Source: Macrostomum hystrix (lineage: Eukaryota; Animalia; Platyhelminthes). Taken from it: a stretch of DNA of 64,000 nt. Position numbers and translations under genes: made by a program. How positions within the stretch are numbered: position 1 is the stretch's first letter; each line of letters starts with the position of its first letter. Positions 33,901-47,000 of this stretch are shown one piece after another. The stretch spans positions 20,770,001 to 20,834,000 of the forward strand of contig CATNEN010000001.1 of assembly GCA_950097015.1 (NCBI GenBank), read 5' to 3'. The notes beneath the pieces were generated by a model. The model had not been told where the DNA came from. It made no database searches and was given only the letters and a program-made list of their open reading frames with translations.

Positions 33901-36900
33901 AGCTTAAATGTCAATATTAATGGACTTGATGAAGCATGCACGTCTAGTCCGAATTGGAAACTTCCAACTGCACTAACAATAAGAATGCATCAACTGTCAT
34001 TATTTCAGACTGCTGAACAGAATGCCTATGAGATGCCGATGGCACCTACAGAAGGAAACGACCAGATCTACCTTGATCCAGACAATATGGATGATGGACC
34101 TGTGAGTTAAAGGTGGCAAAAAAAAGGTGCTTTGCAAACGATTAGATTGCCTGACTTTAGAAATTACAGTAGCAGATTACACAATATAGTGCAGCTAAAT
34201 ACCATCTACACATGTTAGACATCCTACTAAAAAACTGATATTTTTATGTTAGACACGATTGTGACCTTCTTGGCTGAATTTTATTTGATGGAATAATTGA
34301 AGTTGAAACTCTCTGCTAAATATTTCTGCAGCCAGCAACTGGTGCTGGCCCTTCTAACGCACTGAGCTCAGCGGCTGAGATGTCAGGCGTGAGAAAGCAA
34401 AACGGCGCAGATACGAAGAAGAAAGGTAAGATTGTTCTATTCAAGACCAAAAAGGAAGACGATACGGACGGACCGATACAGCTCAAGCCAAACTCTAGCC
34501 AGGTAATTGAATGCTTTCTGGTACTGTGGGTTTAGGTTTACAGTAGGGGTCAAAGCGATGAGTGTCAAAGGTCTCGAGCTCGATTCCGCGGCGAGGTCAC
34601 ATTCAGATGGGGCACAGTCACGGAGAGAAGGCTTGAAGGCTTGTCGTACAATTTACACCTGCGAGGGCCAAACACCAAGGCACAGGGAATGTACACTGTC
34701 CGACAGTCAGAACATCCACCAAATGGTGTGCCAGTGCCCTGCTGCAAATGTTGCTTTTATTATTAGGTTTTGTGTTATGAAGTAACAAATAAATATTCTA
34801 ATCTCGATAGAAGCACAAGAAGCACAAGCACAACCAGCCTGAGCAGCAGCAGCCGCAGCCAACAATGCCAGGGGAATCGGAATATGCTGCTGTTTATGAG
34901 CAACAAAATACTTCGAAAAAGAACTCAGCCAAACGACAGCAAGATGCCAATGAACGAACAAAGAAGAAATCTAAAAAGGCAGACAAGAGCAATCAAGGAA
35001 GTTCGCATAATCAGGTCCAACTACAGGCCGCAGCCGCAGGCTCTACTGCCTCGTTGCCTGGAGCCAGTTTCGGCAACAACTCGCTGACTGAAGTGCAAAA
35101 GCGACTGTCGCAGCCACCTTCAAGACAGCTACGAACTACGAACACTGGCAGTAATCTCAACGTGAGTCGATCAGTGATCAGTGATGTGTGGCAACCGTTT
35201 GTGTTTGTCGAATCAGAGCTGTCACAAGCATGCAGACAGGCTTGCACATAGTATATATTGTATTATATATACAAGTATATTGTACTGTGTATATTGCATG
35301 CACAGCTGGCTTCATCGTCCTATAGGATTCTTATTCTTATAGGGTTTTCTCTGTACGTCTAGTGCACAATACGGCTTGAAGAGTATTGTGTGTTGATCAG
35401 GCACACAAAACTCCCACTTATAGACAATTGGGAACAATTGCCAAGGAATTTATAACAGTCACGTGACGCCTACTGCAGTTGCTTCTTCTTCCTTGGTAGT
35501 GAGTAGTTCGTAGTCTTCTGGGTCCTTGTAATCCGGCAGTTCTTCTTTGTTCCAGTCGACCTTGAAGTTTCGGTTGTGTTGCTTCTTGAGTCTTTGTACT
35601 CGTAGTCTTCTTGTCTTCTTTGTCTTCCTGGCAGCTGCTAGTCGATCCTGTCTGTTGCGCTTGAATTTGTCTGTTGGCCAATAGCGAATCGGATTACTTG
35701 TCGGTTTCCTCGAGCTCGGGCGCCGTGAACAATAGAAACGTGCGCCCTAGTGAACAATCGAAATCTCTTTTGTGTCTCTTTAATAGGTCCTCCTAAAGGG
35801 CGTCTTCTTCGTTACTTGCGAAAGAAAACAGATAACTCAAATCAATCAATCAATAATCCTCTAGGAATGTATCCTAAGAAACAATGAGGCCTTTCTCAAA
35901 TGTATCGACGATATGTGGCTCTCGTAAACTTAGTTCAACTCAATCAATAACGATTGCTAGCAAAAAATAACTCTGTCTAGTAAAGTGCTTACCACTCAGT
36001 CTTTCCCTCAGAGATGAGTCCTCTTCTTAAAGCTGTTTTGAAGTCCGGTGGACCGCTCGGAGTCTGAATTTTCAGCTCGGATTTTCGCTTGTATTTTTAG
36101 TAAAATTTTGGGAGTACCTGTTTAGGACCGGTGTTTACTCAGAGCATACATATTTGCACAGAGAGGCCAAACTTGTTTGTTCAGCTCAGTTTTGAGGTTT
36201 GAGTTTTTGAGTTTTGAGGTTATATTGCCATATATAGGAGTATGAGCAATACAGCTGTCGAGAACCGGTTTTCCGCTTTAAGTCACGTGACTTTGTTTGC
36301 ATATAAGTCATCATGACTCATTCCTAAAAATAGATTAAAAGTTGTAGCTTAGGTTTCCTTGTGATACGAGCGTATTACTTTAAGTAGCGCGTTAAACAAA
36401 TGTCATATTTATCATGGCATATGTAATCCTCTACGGCTCAAATTATTTTGATCTCAGGTTCCCGCAAATTCATTGTGATAGTGAGCTTCCCTTGCCTTCT
36501 GTTGCGTGGCCCTAGCAACCCCCTGTGTTGGAGTTTTTCATCGTGGTGTGTACCCCCGCACCTCCTCTAGGCCAGCCGTGGTGATGGACCGCCCACTGCA
36601 TTATATTTCACTGCCCTCATTGCGTGTTCAACCCCCACCAATTGTGGCGCTTAAGCCATCTGCCATCTCGCTTCGGATTGGCTGTCCATGTCCAGGCTTG
36701 TAACTCCTCTATTTTTCTCTACCCTGCTCTTGTGCTGATTGGCTGAACGGCCTCTATCTGGCCTTAAGTCCTTGACTTCCTGCCCCTGCCTGTAATACTA
36801 TAAATCTAGACCCCCTGCGAGCCCTCGTTTCTGCGCGCTCCCGACTAAGGCAAGATTGTTACAAGAAAGGCCGGTTGTGACTCCCTTTTCCTTGCCATCC

Positions 36901-37303
36901 TACTGCGTGGCTGACGGTCTGTAAAATACATCGGTCTACGCTCTCACGAAAGAAACCGTGCTGCACCTTGACAGCGAACGTAAGCTTGTTCTGTCTGATT
37001 TGGGGTTGGCTTGACGAGGACGAGGACGCCAACTCTGCGTCGTTCGTGATAAGGTAAAAGGCGACCACAGCATCTGGGTCAGTACACGAGCCCGGGTTTA
37101 CCCAGGATTACCCCGCTCACGACATCATTATAAAGTCCCCACAAGATTTGATATATTGATTGCATTAACAGCCTCTGTGCCAACTAGTATACCGTCTGTG
37201 TTCGTAAATTTGTGATAAACTTTTTTCATACTCCAACTCACAGACCGAGAGCGAAGAGCTGTACGTTGAACCAGACAGCATTCATCTGACTGATCAGGAT
37301 ATT

Positions 37304-37336
<33 letters not shown>

Positions 37337-38202
37337 GTATGCGATTCCTTCAAGCTTTTTATTTTTGCTCTTACCCTTGCGGAGGAAAATAATCCCGTGC
37401 TTGCTAGCTAGAACTTTAGGGCGCAGAATCTCGATAGTCAGTAGCTAAACTAGTATTCTAAATTGTTAGAGTTTGGTTAGAATGCTGAATAAATTCCGGA
37501 CATTTCTGCAGCAGCTGTGTGTCTGCCTGTTTCAGCTGAGTGAGCTGTGCCCCATACGAAGTCGAAAACTCGAAAATTTGAAAATCCTTATTTTCGGGCC
37601 TTTATATATTGATTTTATCTACTAGTTGAGCTACCGTGCGGAAAACAAGACAAAATAAGAAACAGACAAGCGGCTGCTAAAATGTAGAGAAATTGTTCAG
37701 CGTTCTGCTGAAACAAACATGCTGACAGACACATTGCGACAGACACATAGCCTACAATGATCCGAAAAATGGTGTTTAACGAGGTGTTGGTTCTCCATCT
37801 TATATTCTGAGCTTCACCTTTGTCAAATGCCAGCCCGAGCCAGAGGCTGTCTACGTTGTGCCCGACAGCGCCCTAAGCCAGCCAATGGAGCTGCTTAATC
37901 AAGCGAACGGACCACCGCCGAAGCTGCCGAAGCCGAAACCCAGGGGCCAGCAGCAGCAGCAGCCCCCGACTGTGGAACTCAGTAGCCATCCAAACAACAG
38001 AGCTAGTCAACTGAATATTGTGGTAAGATGCTCAAACAAGACTGTCCAGGTTGTTGCACTCAGTTGCCTACAGCTGATCCGTGCTTAAAAGTATCCCTGA
38101 AACTTTAACAGCGCCAAGACACGGCAGCAAACAACGGTGAAGCCGGTGGAACAGAGGAAAACGAGTACGATGTGATTGACAATGCTCCGAATTCAGCGAA
38201 TG

Positions 38203-38246
<44 letters not shown>

Positions 38247-38291
38247 AAGAAGGTGGATTTAAGCCGAGTAGAGACATTTACCAAAATTTAA
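27991..38291 (+). CDS. Gene D: LamG-less member, SP-5xEGF-truncated Crumbs-type EGF-Gly-zipper TM-long (~380 aa) Tyr/Pro/polyQ tail ending -ETFTKI (~717 aa)
   Basis: Exons 27991-28096, 28836-29117, 30045-30237, 30479-30807, 33628-33740, 33819-33872, 34009-34101, 34332-34502, 34811-35161, 37244-37336, 37834-38022, 38112-38291 join in frame (2154 nt). All are conserved in copy D'. Confidence 0.82.
28125..28730. repeat. 17-bp minisatellite (CCCTGAAACTTCCCAAT)n in gene D intron 1
   Basis: Direct tandem repeat. Confidence 0.96.
29615..29920 (+). mobile_element. tRNA-derived SINE family 1 copy
   Basis: Similar to 11175-11538 (head, GGCACAGTG...GATGTACACACCTGTGTGAG body). Confidence 0.8.
30890..33485. 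repeat. 20-bp minisatellite (GCACTGTCTAACAGTTTRGD)n, ~130 units, in the intron before the gene D TM exon
   Basis: Perfectly phased array with an internal ACTGT-CTA-ACAGT palindrome. Variation is mostly confined to two positions. Confidence 0.98.
34543..34705 (+). mobile_element. Degenerate SINE family 1 copy
   Basis: CTCGATTCCGCGGCGAGG...GGAGAGAAGGCTTG...GAGGGCC...CCAAGGCACAG matches the family body. Confidence 0.7.
35377..36420. mobile_element. ~1.05 kb segment present in gene D intron 9 but absent from D'; possible solo LTR
   Basis: Indel relative to ~57730. TG...CA-like ends, no ORF, no clear target-site duplication. Confidence 0.4.
36500..37124 (+). mobile_element. Solo-LTR-like element in gene D intron 9
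   Basis: Starts TGTTGCG and ends CACGACA (imperfect inverted termini). Has two GATTGG (CCAAT) boxes and TATAAA. GC-richer than its flanks. No clear target-site duplication. Confidence 0.5.
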
Positions 38292-39289
38292 CAAATTTTC
38301 CTGTCAAAGCGCAGCTATTTGAGTTCTTATTATAAAAAACTGTTTTATCTGTAACAGTTTAACACGACTATAAAATCAGTGACGCCATTTTAAGCATATA
38401 AAATTCTTTGAGTACATTTTTTAATCAGAACTCCATCACTCGTACATCAGGAACTGATAAAACAAAAATTTGATTCCTGTACTCGTCTGTAAAGTAGAGC
38501 TTCACACATTTCTGCTCAGTATTTTATGCAGTATTGCATACAAAAAATGGTTTATCTGGTTGAGTAAAATTTCCCTCCTTCACTAGCTTATATTTCTCCC
38601 TTTGGGGACGTAAATGTAACCATTTAAAAGTCAGTATTCCAGATACTTGATCATTCAATTCACTTCTATTTTATACGTTACACTCCAGCCTATTCGGACT
38701 GCTCAATCACAGATAACTAAATGGTTTAGTAAGGTGTAAATAAACCTATAATATACTGAAAGTTTAATTGCTCTTCATTTTTGCTGTTGTTTTTTATATA
38801 TTAGGGCATTATAGGCTCGTAGTGAGAAATGTTTCTGGCAAAATTATATTTTGAGTAAGGATTTCGAACTCGTCTACTTGAATTATACTTGAAATTACCT
38901 TCTGCCGTTCCAGCCTCATGACTTGGAAAATAGGGAACTCTTTTGCACTGAGCAGAAATCGATAAAAGTGCATCGCTGCAGATGAGGTCTACCTGCTGTT
39001 CAGTTTGATGGTTGCCTTCGCTTCATTTCCAGTTGGTAACGGTGAGTCAGGGCTGCTGCTGTTGCTGATTGTCTCACCTGGAACTGGCCAATGGCTTCCA
39101 ACAATGGTTTCAAACAATGGGCCTATGCCCACGCAGGACATTGGATCTAAAGTGACGTTTCACTTTCCCTAAAATTCACATCCTAAAAATAAAATTATAT
39201 TTGCGGGATGTCTGTGGGCAATGGCAATCATTTGGTGACAGTTGACTCGAAGCCGGTACATGTGCTCTGACGTTTACATTGTTGGGCAG

Positions 39290-39445
39290 CTTACACACAC
39301 TGTACCTTGGGTTTTGACAGCCTACGGGTGCGGGACAAGCCCCCAAGCCTTCTCTCCGCGGCTGCGCTGTAAAAAATGTGGCCTCACTGAGGAATCGAAC
39401 TCATGGACCTTATTGCTAGAGACGGGCACTGACCCCTTTACTTTC
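39290..39445 (-). mobile_element. Degenerate SINE family 1 copy (reverse)
   Basis: Reverse complement contains GAGTTCGATTCCTCAGTGAGGCCAC...GCGCAGCCGCGGAGAGAAGGCTTGGGGGCTTGTC. Confidence 0.7.
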
Positions 39446-39867
39446 CCCAAACGTCACACCTACTTAATTTCGCGTTCTCCATGTCTGGAAGTGTTAGGTA
39501 AAAAGAAAGTTTAGGTTTGTGAAAGTAGGTGATGACAATATATGACAGGTGATGCCGATATATGAAAGGTGGTATCATTGTGTGGCAAATGTGTGGACAT
39601 GCGATTTCTTTCGTAGACGTAGATGCATGCGAATGTTTGACAAGCGATTCAAGTCCACTATCGTTTTACTTCTCGCCTTTTGAGTAGTGTGTAGCGCAAC
39701 GTTTTTATCTTATGATTCATTCGCGGCACAGCACAATGAAACCGGCGGCGTCTGTCGAAACTGTCGAAACGGCAGCGTCTGCAGACAAGGCAAAAGCTCC
39801 GCGTCACTTGCTACAGCGGCTACTTTGGTAATCGAAGGCTTGTATGTTATGTTCACCTGGCAAACAC

Positions 39868-40205
39868 TCCTAACTCCCCATCCTCCTCACTTCGCCATCC
39901 TCCTCACTTCGCCATCCTCCTCACTTCGCCATCCTCCTCACTCCCCATCCTCCTCACTCCCCATCCTCCTCACGCACCATCCTCCTCACTCCCCATCCTC
40001 CTCACTCCCCATCCTCCTCACTCCCCATCCTCCTCACTCCCCATCCTCCTCACTCCCCATCCTCCTCACTCCCCATCCTCCTCACTCCCCATCCTCCTCA
40101 CGCACCATCCTCCTCACTCCCCATCCTCCTCACTCCCCATCCTCCTCACTCCCCATCCTCCTCACTCCCCATCCTCCTCACTCCCCATCCTCCTCACTCT
40201 CCTCA
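39868..40205. repeat. 16-bp minisatellite upstream of gene C'
   Basis: (CTCCCCATCCTCCTCA)n. Confidence 0.95.
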
Positions 40206-40679
40206 CCAAACTGCCAAACCTCCGCAAAACCGTATCCTAATCCACGTATTTTTCCTTTCAGTGCCTTCTGCTTGTTTAATTTACCAAAATACACTTGTTT
40301 TGTACTTGAAAATTTCTTTGGTTTCTCCCTATGTTGGCTTAATTTATTTGCATTTTTACTTTTAGGAAAAAGAGACTTTTAGAAGAACGAAAATAAATTG
40401 TCCAATAACAAGCTGAATTACCAGAAGTTCACATAAGATGCAAAAAAGATTTTGTTCTAGCCAAAGTTAAGGCAATAAGTTTTAGTACATTGTGTGCTGC
40501 ATTTTAATCGCGACTTTTTCATTTCAGCAACACTTCCTCTTTTGCTACTGATAGTAAACACAGCTGGTTGCTATGATTTTTCTGAAGGCAAGAGTTCTGC
40601 ACTGCACTCACCAGCTCTGAGAGAAATAATTAGGTGAGCTGCAAAACCCAACTCTACCCTGCTCAATTCACCCTCCTGG

Positions 40680-40838
40680 CCCTATCCACCTGACTCTTCC
40701 CTCCTCACTCTACCCTTCTCACTCTACCCTCCTTACTCTATCCTACTCACTCTACCCTCCTCACTCTACCCTCCTCACTCTACCCTCCTCACTCTCCCCT
40801 CCTCACTCTACCCTCCTCACTCTACCCTCCTCACTCTT
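40680..40838. repeat. 14-bp minisatellite in C-rich orientation (CCCTCCTCACTCTA)n
   Basis: Reverse complement of the intron-2 arrays, just upstream of gene C'. Confidence 0.9.
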
Positions 40839-41080
40839 TAGACTTGCAGTTTTTTATCTTGAACTTCATCAGTCATTATTCTAAATATTAAATTGCTCTA
40901 AAATATATTTTTTACTCGATTATTAAGCTTTTCAAAGCTTTCAATTAGCTGCTCGAGAAAATACTAAAATTAATCGCCCATGACTTTCAGATTTCCCCTC
41001 GTCTTTGTAAAGGCCGCATTAAAAATTGCTAGTTGCTCTGGCAGGCCAGTTGACAGTTGAGTAGTGGACAGTGAGACCTC

Positions 41081-44000
41081 ATGGCACAAAATAATTCGTT
41101 GTATTTCTGGATTTTATTTTGGCTTTTACTGCCTTTGACCACCGCTGTGTCATTACCGACTGAGCAGTCATCAGGTGAGCTCATTAGGCAGGCTTCTCAA
41201 GGCGTTGCCAGTTGTCAAGAGTTTCACTGAGATCGGTGAGCATTTTGCCTGGCCTCTCATTTCAGATGTCGATGAAGCTGAAGCCACATTGGCGAGGCTG
41301 AGGAGAGCCGCCTGCAGTGCTGGCGACTGCCAGAATGGAGGCGTTTGCTGGCCGGGTCCTGTGACTGCGAGTACGCCTCCGTGCCTGTGTCCTGAGACGC
41401 ACCTTCCCCCCTACTGTGTTGTAGCAAATTCTAATCCAGTTGACTACTGCGCACCCGGACCAGACAACCCCTGCAAAAACGGAGCCACCTGCAACCGAAT
41501 AGCCGTCAGTCCCTTCTACAGCTGCAGCTGCGTTCCCGGATTCACAGGTAAACAATCACTTTATTTAGCAAGATAAAATTTCTTACCTACCACGAGGTTA
41601 AAAATCTATAAAAATGCAAATTAGTAAATTATATTCAGGCTCTTTTTTCATTTCCTTTCAACACAAACACACGAGCGCATTCGGCAATATAAAAAGCGAA
41701 GATTAGACAAATTCTCTTGGACAAAGTTCCAGTTTCAAGACAATTGTTTCTATCGGTTGCAAGAAGGTCCACTGAGCTTGCTGATTGTACTTATTTATGT
41801 GGAAAGTGTACTTGAAATTGGGACTCATGAGCGAATGGGAAATACAGAAGAATGAAGCTTGTGTTTTGTTGGTAAAGTGTAAAGTGAAGAGGATTAGAGT
41901 TATGAAGCTTATGCTCAGGACTGTTGGGGTGGATGCTAGAGTGAGGATAATAAACTGAGGAGGAGAGTAGAGTGAGGAGAGAAGAGTAGGGGTGGACGTA
42001 GGAGGGTAGTGTGAACGTACTCAGGAGGTAGAGTGAAGGGATAGAGTAGGGAGGGTAAAGTGAGTAGAATTGAGTAAGGAGGGTAGAGTGAAGAGGGTAG
42101 AGTGAGGAGGGTAGAGTGAGGAGGGTAGAGTAGAGAGGGAAGAGTAAGGAGGGCAGAGTGAGGAGGGTAGAGTGGTGAGAGTAGAGTGAGGAGGGTAGAG
42201 TGAGGAGGGTAGAGTGAGGAGGGTAGAGTGGGGGGCTAGAGTGAGAAGGGTAGAGTGGGGAGAGTAGATTGTGGAGGGTAGAGTGATGAGGGTTTAGTGA
42301 GGTTGGTAGAGTTAGTAGGGTAGAGTGAGGAGGGTAGAGTGAGGAGGGTAGAGTGAGGAGGGTAGAGTGGGGGGGTAGAGTGAGGAGGGTAGAGTGGGGA
42401 GAGTAGAGTGTGGAGGGTAGAGTGGGGAGGGTAGAGTGGTGAGGGTATAGTAAGGTTGGTAGAGTTAGTAGGGTAGGGTGAGGAGGGTAGAGTGGGGAGG
42501 GTAGAGTGAGGAGGGTAGAGTGGGGAAGGCAGAGTGAGGAGGGTAGAGTGGGGAGGGTAGAATAGAGAGGGTAGAGTGAGGAGGGTAGAGTGAGGAGGGT
42601 AGAGTGGGGAGGGTAGAGTGGGGAGGGTAGAGTGGGGAAGGCAGAGTGAGGAGGGTAGAGTGGGGAGGGTAGAATAGAGAGGGTAGAGTGAGGAGGGTAG
42701 ATTGAGGAGTGTAGATTGAGGTGGGTAGAGTGAGAAGGGTAGAGTGAGGAGGGCAGAATGAGGAGGGTAGAGTGGGATCGAGTGGATTCTCAAGTCAGAC
42801 GTTTCAAAGCCGATAAGAACAGAAAATGAGGTCATCTTCTGATGCTTAGAATATTGTTGCTTGACGGCAACTACTGCTCAGGCTCTCGTGTGAACTCAGC
42901 ATACTCCAGTTTAAGTCAAAACTTTTACTTGCAGCTCCAGCCGAGCTTCTTTCGCCTAACTAACTGTTACGAAGCTCCATTTTTAACTATGAAGGTAAAG
43001 GATCGCAGAGTTTGACATTTAGCGAAAAATTCACTCGCAAGTTTTTTGAAAAGCGACCACTTGAAAACAAATGATTTTCGCGAGCCACAGAAATTTTTAG
43101 CCAGTACATTCTTTGCTAACACTGGCAAGCATCAGGTATGTTTCACCACAATGGTTATGAAGCAGATTGTCTTGAGTCATAGAAACCATTATAATTAATT
43201 CTCTAGCCCGCGCTCATTTTTGAAATCTATTAAAGATTTTCACGTGTTGGCCCTGCGTCAGTTTTTTCAAACGGCGGCATTTCGCTCGAATTTCGATTGT
43301 GAAGTTGATTGAAGAAGTTGCCGATAGCACCAGAATGAGCAAAAATATCTAAAAATGTTTCAGTTAGGCAAATACGATATTTCAAATTGACGCGAAAATG
43401 TAAATCTTTTGAACAACCGCAGGCTACAACTGCGAAATCAACATCGACGACTGCGCCAGCCGGCCCTGCATCAACGGCCAGTGCACAGACCTGGTGAACA
43501 GCTACAGCTGCAGCTGCTACAGCGGTTGGGAGGGCTCCAACTGCGGCACCAACCATGACGACTGCTTCGCTGGCGCCTGTCTCAACAGAGGTCGTTGTGT
43601 GGACGGCAACAAAATGTGAGTTGCTTTCGTGTTTATTCTAACCTCAAAGAGCTTGCGCATCTTGCTAGCATTCTGATTTTCAGATACACCTGCGACTGCT
43701 CAGGGTTGGGATTTAGCGGCTCCAGGTGCGAAGTCAACATCGATGACTGCGTAGGCAATCCCTGCATAAATGGTCTGTGCTCAGACGGTGTGAAGGACTA
43801 CAGCTGCAGCTGCTACACAGGCTGGGAGGGCTTCAACTGCTCAGTTGACACAAACTTCTGCCTGCCGTCGCCCTGCCAGAATGGAGGCTTGTGCAGTGAT
43901 GGCAACTCCACGTGAGTGCAAAATGGCATCGCTCGCCAGTCATCTGAGAAAGTATATGCACTCGTATATGGCCTACTCTTCACCAGGCGCATTTGTAAGA

Positions 44001-47000
44001 AGCTCATTTCACTTTGTATCCATATTGATAAAACATCTTAAAAACTAATGACACAGTTCTTTAATTTTTGCACATTGTTTGTCTCATATTCAAGCTCGAA
44101 GTTAGTCCTATGTCTCTTGGTTGCCTTTGAAATTCTTGCTTTTATTCAATATTCCTTTTGGTCATTATGCCCACTTTCCTGATTACCAATTTGGAGATGT
44201 ACTGTATTGAATGTACAGAAAGTACAGTTCTGAATGCTTCGCAATCACGCTTTTACAGAACAGTGTAAAAGACGGGCAGCCCTCCTGAGTGGGCACTGCC
44301 TGTGTTCTGACTTCTGTCCGGTTCCTAAAATTTATTCTTTCAAAGCGCCTTTGATACGAAAGTGCCATCTTCAAATTAAACCCAAAAGTCCCAAAAATAT
44401 CTAAATGCTTTCCTCATATCCGGGGGGTCGGTGGCAGAGCGGTTAACGCTTTTGCCTCTCGCACCAAGGTCCTGATGCGTACTTACTGGCTTCTTTCTGT
44501 CAGCAGTTTCCTGGCATTTTGAAGTGTCTTCCAAGCTCACAATCGTTATTGGATATTTCCATGGCATTCATTATACAAGCAGCATTCTTGTACTAACAGC
44601 GAAAAATCATTGCGCATGTGCTGCGCAATGAAATCTAGCTAGTGTGGTCTCTAACTGGAGCCGCTCCTCCCCTTCCTGCCTACTGAACGTCTACCCGATC
44701 TACGAGCTACTAGCACTTGCGGGTGTGTTTATACTAATCCTACCCTTCACATGCATGCCGTAGTCTGAACTCAAACTTCTAGCTCACCAAGTGACTTACA
44801 AAATATTTCTTCTTGTACGAAACATGTTTCAGTTACAACTGCGACTGCTCGCGCATCGACTTCCAAGGCGTCAACTGCAGCTCCAAGATCGACGACTGTC
44901 TTGGTAACAATTGTCAGAACGGAGGCCGCTGCGTTGACGGTGTCAGACGCTACACCTGCGACTGTACAGACACGGGATTCAAAGGTGCCTTCTGCGAGAT
45001 CAACACAGACGACTGTGCCAGCCATCCCTGCATTAATGGTCTGTGCACGGACCTTGTGAAGGACTACAGGTGCAGCTGCTATAGAGGCTGGGAGGGCAAG
45101 AACTGCTCAATCGACACAAACTACTGCGTGCCGTCGCCCTGTCAGAATGGAGGCCTGTGCAGCAGTGATGGCAACTCCACGTGAGTGTTCAATTCAATAT
45201 TAATACTAAAAAACATTTATAATTAATCACAGGATAATTAGACTTTTATTAGTACATTACTCGTATTTGTACTAATAGTCAGCAACTAACTACACCCGTG
45301 GTTGATGCTGAATAAAAAATGGTAAAAATTATAGGAGTCTCTTGTACGAATTAGTCGAAGCCTCTGATTTTTTTGCTCTCTTGCTAAAAGTTGCTTAATT
45401 TAGCACAAAGTACAGTGATAAATCACGATAGAAAAACTTGAGTACATATATAGCAAAAAAATTAAACAGCTACACCTGCAGCTGCGATGCGGGGTTCGGC
45501 GGCAAGAACTGCAGCGTCAGGCTGACCGGCTGCGACTCCGCGCCGTGTCGGAATGGCGCCACCTGCGAGCCGGTTCTCTTAAGGGAGCTGCCGACACCTG
45601 AGCACGGACACCTGTGTACCTGCTCCGTAGGATGGACGGGCTCTCAGTGCAATCTCACAACCCTGGTCTCATTCAACGGCTCCGCCAGCTTCAGCGCCCT
45701 GCTCAGCATCGCAGCCTCGAGCAGCTCGGCTGACTGGACCTTTGACCTCTCATTCCGGAGCAGTCTCACCCAGTTCGATCTGATTCGGCTGTCCTCAGAC
45801 TCGGGACTCATCCGAGTCGGTGCTCACAACTCCAGCCTCATGCTGCTGCTGCTGCTGAATAGCAGCTCATCGTCTGTTATTGGTCAGACCAAGTGGCCAA
45901 TCAGTGAAAGTTTGGCTGCTGCTGATTGGCTCACACTGTCAGTCAGCCTGACCAATGGCAGTGCGACACTGACTCGGACGGGGTCGTCAGGAGTGAGGCA
46001 GTCTCTCACACAGCTGGTTGACGGACTGTCGCACACATTCAAGCGAGGCTCAGTGTCAGTTCGGGTCGGAGGCGACGCAGCATCGGCCAGTGGCGGCTTC
46101 CGCGGCTGCGTGCGGGATATGCGACTCGCGACTTCCAACTTGACATTCGTCGCCATAGAGACCACGGTGGAGTCGAGCAACGCGACCTGGGGAGTGTGCA
46201 GTCGATCGGTGCAGTGCGGCAGCCCATCGCCCTGTGAGCTTACGAGCTCGAGGTGCTTGGATGTGTGGAATGACTTTGTGTGCCAGTGCGCAGCGGACTT
46301 TGGTGGCCGCAACTGTTCTGTGCGACTTCCATCGTTCTCATTCGGACTGGGTGGCAACGCGTCCTCAGCGAGCTTCGCGTCAGTGCCCGCCGTCTCAAGC
46401 GTGTTCGGTGGCGACTCGTGGACGATCGAGCTGAGGCTGATGACTCTGTCTCCGGGAGCGTTTCTGATGCTGCTGGGCGACCCGAGCGACTCGGCGACCA
46501 CTCCGCGACTGCTCGTCACGGTGAGTGAGGACTGAACCATGTTTGTGGTTTCTAGCAGATCACATTTTCGTACAATGCCTCGTTGTCCTTCCTCAGATTG
46601 ATTCCACTGGATGTCTGTCTGCCCAGATTCTGCTTAGCAACGGTCTTCTGGTCGCAACGCTGACGTCCTCGGACTCTGTGGCTACTGGGAACTTTGTCTC
46701 TGTGAAGATCTACTTGTCTATTTCAAATCGCGTGTTGTCGCTGACAGTTGCGTCGGCTGTAAAGTCAGCATCGCTGAACAGTTTGAGTCCTCTGTCGCAG
46801 CCGTCGGGTCAGCTGATCGTCGGTGGCTTCAACGGAGCACCTTCAGCCAGGTGGGGCAGATCGAAACGATCTGTGTCGGTCCTGCCAGCCAGTGTGGCCT
46901 CCGCTCTGCCCGCCGGTACGACTGCATTCTTTGGCCTGCTCGCTGCTCTTCGAATAAACGGTGACCGGCCTCTGATTTCCGGTCCCGTATCAGCCAGCTT

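Larger units (their letters stand above)
22196..39870 (+). repeat. Segmental duplication, copy 1 (3' part of gene C, spacer, gene D, spacer)
   Basis: Colinear and near-identical, introns and intergenic DNA included, with 45470-63725. Differences are mainly satellite copy number and a few inserts. Confidence 0.92.

Noticed and set aside
37400-37760. Possible Helitron/MITE-like relics here and at ~20700-20830
   Set aside because: No defined termini or independent copies within the window.
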